Below, piece after piece: positions 50,131-51,993 of a DNA stretch of 51,993 bases. This stretch comes from a virus, in the IMG/VR virus record IMGVR_UViG_3300004625_000001; one strand, given 5' to 3'. The notes under the pieces are model-generated. The model was not told where the DNA came from. It made no database searches and saw nothing but the letters and a program-made list of their open reading frames with translations. The position numbers and the translations under genes are program-made. How positions within the stretch are numbered: position 1 is the stretch's first letter; every line of letters starts with the position of its first letter.

Positions 50131-51180
50131 ATGACCAAGTCTCCAAAGTCAAAGCCGCTCCTGCAATCCGACAGGCCGCTTCGCTCGCGAGCGCGCAAGC
50201 CGCGAGATCCCGCGCAGCCAAATCTTCCCCTCGATCCCATGCCGGCGCGCATCGAGCCGTGTCTCGCTCTCCTGAAGCAGAAACCGCCTAAAGGGCAGCA
50301 ATGGGCCTTCGAGGTGAAGTGGGACGGCTACCGGATTGCGGTTCATATCGAGCCCAAGGGCGTTCGTATTCTGACGCGAGGCGGACACGACTGGACGCAC
50401 CGCTTCCCGGCGATTGCTGCTGAGGCGGCGCAGCTCGGGGCAGCAACGGCAATCATCGACGGTGAAGCCGTGGTGCTGGATGAGCGAGGCCGGTCGGATT
50501 TCAGCCAGTTGCAGCAGTCGCTCGGGGGCCGCGGCGGTAGGCTGAACTCCGGTGCATCCGTTCTGATGGCCTTCGACCTCCTGTATTTCGATGGTCACGA
50601 TCTCACGCAGACAGAGCTTTCAACCCGCCGGCATCTACTTGAAGGGCTGATCGCGCCAGGTAGGGAAAGTGCCATCCGGATATCGGAGGAGGTGGAGGCG
50701 GACGGCGAGCAGTTGCTGCGCCTAGCCTGCGAGCACGGGCTCGAAGGGATCATCGCCAAGGATCGCAACAGCGCCTATCGCTCTGGCCGGCTCGGCGACT
50801 GGCTTAAGGTCAAATGCATCCAAAGCGATAGCTTCATGATAGTCGGCTGGGAGCAATCGAGTGTCGCGCGAGGCCATGTTGGTTCTTTGCTCCTGGCTGC
50901 CTACAAAGGCAATGATCTGGTTTATGTCGGATCAGTTGGAACCGGCATCAAAGACAGCGAGGCATGGAAGCTTCGCGGCATGATGGAAAAGCTGACGGTC
51001 AAGAGGCCTCCCGTCGCTTATGATGGTTCCCGAAAGAACCTGACATGGCTCCAGCCAACGCTGATAGCGGAGGTCGAATATCGCGCATGGACCCATGACG
51101 GCAAGCTTCGCCATGCGTCTTACAAAGGCCTGCGGGAAAAGCAGGACAATGCCGAAGTCTTTGTAATCCAAAATAACTAA
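50131..51180 (+). CDS. ATP-dependent DNA ligase (LigD ligase-domain type)
   Basis: Motif I EVKWDGYR (KxDG), motif III-like LMAFDLLYFDG, motif IV GLEGIIAK and motif V DWLKVK. An OB domain follows. Confidence 0.88.
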   Translation: MTKSPKSKPLLQSDRPLRSRARKPRDPAQPNLPLDPMPARIEPCLALLKQKPPKGQQWAFEVKWDGYRIAVHIEPKGVRILTRGGHDWTHRFPAIAAEAAQLGAATAIIDGEAVVLDERGRSDFSQLQQSLGGRGGRLNSGASVLMAFDLLYFDGHDLTQTELSTRRHLLEGLIAPGRESAIRISEEVEADGEQLLRLACEHGLEGIIAKDRNSAYRSGRLGDWLKVKCIQSDSFMIVGWEQSSVARGHVGSLLLAAYKGNDLVYVGSVGTGIKDSEAWKLRGMMEKLTVKRPPVAYDGSRKNLTWLQPTLIAEVEYRAWTHDGKLRHASYKGLREKQDNAEVFVIQNN

Positions 51181-51256
51181 GGAACAAATCGGCAGCAAAA
51201 TCGTTTTTTCGCCGCCCTGCCAGTGGGATGATGTTTGGCAGGCTGAGGGATGTGCG

Positions 51257-51451
51257 ATGAACCGTCTACTTATTGCCTTCATCCGACATCGGGTGATTGG
51301 CAACGCAAATGTCGATCTGGGGGAGCTTTACGACGCTGCCGAACGGTTTTTCAACGGCAAGCTCGACGCGCGGGAATTTTTCAGTGCCCTTAATCAGGTG
51401 TTACGCGACCGCCGGATTCGGCGCAGAAACCGGTTCATCGCAGACGCTTAG
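51257..51451 (+). CDS. Possible small ORF
   Basis: 64 aa; no family or clear RBS recognised. Confidence 0.3.
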   Translation: MNRLLIAFIRHRVIGNANVDLGELYDAAERFFNGKLDAREFFSALNQVLRDRRIRRRNRFIADA

Positions 51452-51491
51452 TACATTGGGTCCGGTCGTTCGCTTAAGGGCGCGGACGATT

Positions 51492-51695
51492 TCAAGTCAG
51501 TTTTTCTCGCAAGAGCAACAAAAGCCTCTCTTGTATGGCTTTCCAGCGCTCAAGCCGATCGATATGCCGATCATGTTCTCCGAGCGCACCGCGGCGAATA
51601 AAGGCCCTTTGCACCTTAAGTGCGGTTATGCGTGCGTTGTTGGCGGCTATCCGGTCTTCAAGCTTCTCCAGTTCAGATTCTGGCGCCATCGCCAT
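51492..51695 (-). CDS. Possible small coiled-coil ORF
   Basis: 67 aa, helical heptad-like sequence. Confidence 0.35.
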   Translation of the reverse strand: MAMAPESELEKLEDRIAANNARITALKVQRAFIRRGALGEHDRHIDRLERWKAIQERLLLLLREKLT

Positions 51696-51843
51696 GCCTT
51701 TCTATCAGCGGAGACAAGGGCAGGATGCATATTTCCGGACAACACCTATCACGCTAAAAGGTTGCTTCAGACTTAATGTCGATTAGAGCCGCAGTAGCCG
51801 CCGCCCCAAGGCGACGAAGCGTAGGAACGTTCTGGAAACGATT

Positions 51844-51878
51844 ATTCAGAATGAAAAAAGGACCTAATTCAGAATGAA
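51844..51878 (+). repeat. Two direct copies of ATTCAGAATGAA near attR (putative integrase arm-type sites)
   Basis: Copies at 51844-51855 and 51867-51878, 23 bp apart. An inverted core TTCTGAAT lies at 73-80 and the related CAGAATCAA at 58-66 next to attL. Confidence 0.4.
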
Positions 51879-51949
51879 GCCTCTTGCGCTTCGGTTAGGA
51901 TCATTCTAAATCCGCGCCACCACACGATATTTAGACATATCGGTCAGAG

Positions 51950-51993
51950 GTGAGGCCTCGTGGCGGAGTGGTGACGCAGAGGACTGCAAATCC
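51950..51993 (+). repeat. attR core: 44-bp direct repeat, identical to 1-44
   Basis: Base-for-base identity with 1-44. The repeat may extend beyond the window. Confidence 0.85.
51954..51993 (+). tRNA. tRNA-Cys (anticodon GCA), 5' portion; gene runs off the window end
   Basis: GGCCTCG acceptor strand, U8, D-arm with AGTGGT loop, anticodon stem GAGGA, and loop CU-GCA-AA (U33, GCA, A37). The 3' half is not visible. Confidence 0.7.

Larger units (their letters stand above)
1..51993. mobile_element. Integrated temperate contractile-tailed prophage, complete between att repeats
   Basis: Perfect 44-bp direct repeat at both window ends. Integrase and excisionase sit at the left end. Gene order is canonical: CI/Cro switch, recombination and replication genes, then terminase-portal-capsid-sheath-tube-baseplate-fibre-lysis. 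Confidence 0.9.

Noticed and set aside
1-51993. Looked for CRISPR arrays, IS/transposase genes, reverse transcriptase/DGR or retron elements, internal tRNAs, and long internal repeats
   Set aside because: No spaced direct-repeat arrays, no transposase-like or RT-like ORFs, and no template/variable repeat pair near the fibre genes were seen by eye. The only long exact repeat found is the 44-bp att pair. An exhaustive repeat search could not be run.

Overview
The window is one complete ~52-kb temperate prophage with a contractile tail, from a high-GC alphaproteobacterium. The gene content looks Rhizobiales-like (DUF982, GapR/DUF2312, DUF1376). It is bounded by a perfect 44-bp direct repeat (1-44 and 51950-51993) that is the 5' half of a tRNA-Cys(GCA) gene.

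Layout, left to right:
- int/xis (94-1598, minus strand).
- Leftward early operon with RecT, NinB and small coupled genes (2176-7467, minus strand).
- Immunity switch: an S24-type CI repressor and a Cro-like gene, with five copies of a TTGGAT-N5-6-ATCC operator motif (7500-8930).
- Rightward early/replication operon (8944-17303): GapR-like, DndC-like, RusA, DUF1376 and DnaA-domain-IV-like genes. It is interrupted by a minus-strand SRA-HNH nuclease and a DUF982 gene that has destroyed a DNA methyltransferase.
- A moron block (17527-19352).
- Late operon (19375-41048): TerS, TerL, portal, MuF-like, SGNH hydrolase, scaffold, capsid, connectors, sheath, tube, a frameshifted chaperone, tape measure, an XkdQ-T-like baseplate and fibres.
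- An HTTM/DCC membrane module (41066-43482).
- Lysis genes (43888-45138).
- A right-arm cargo region (45056-51700).

Most interesting items:
- A portal protein C-terminally fused to a 2H-phosphoesterase (Acb1/LigT-like) domain.
- A tight three-gene cassette of GHKL ATPase + DUF4325/STAS-like protein + membrane protein.
- An HTTM + CxxC-oxidoreductase + membrane-protein module.
- An orphan DndC-like gene convergent with an SRA-HNH nuclease, next to a methyltransferase remnant.
- A HEPN-motif two-gene cassette.

All product calls come from motif and fold-family recognition by eye. No database search was run. Coordinates of small non-ORF features may be off by 1-2 nt.
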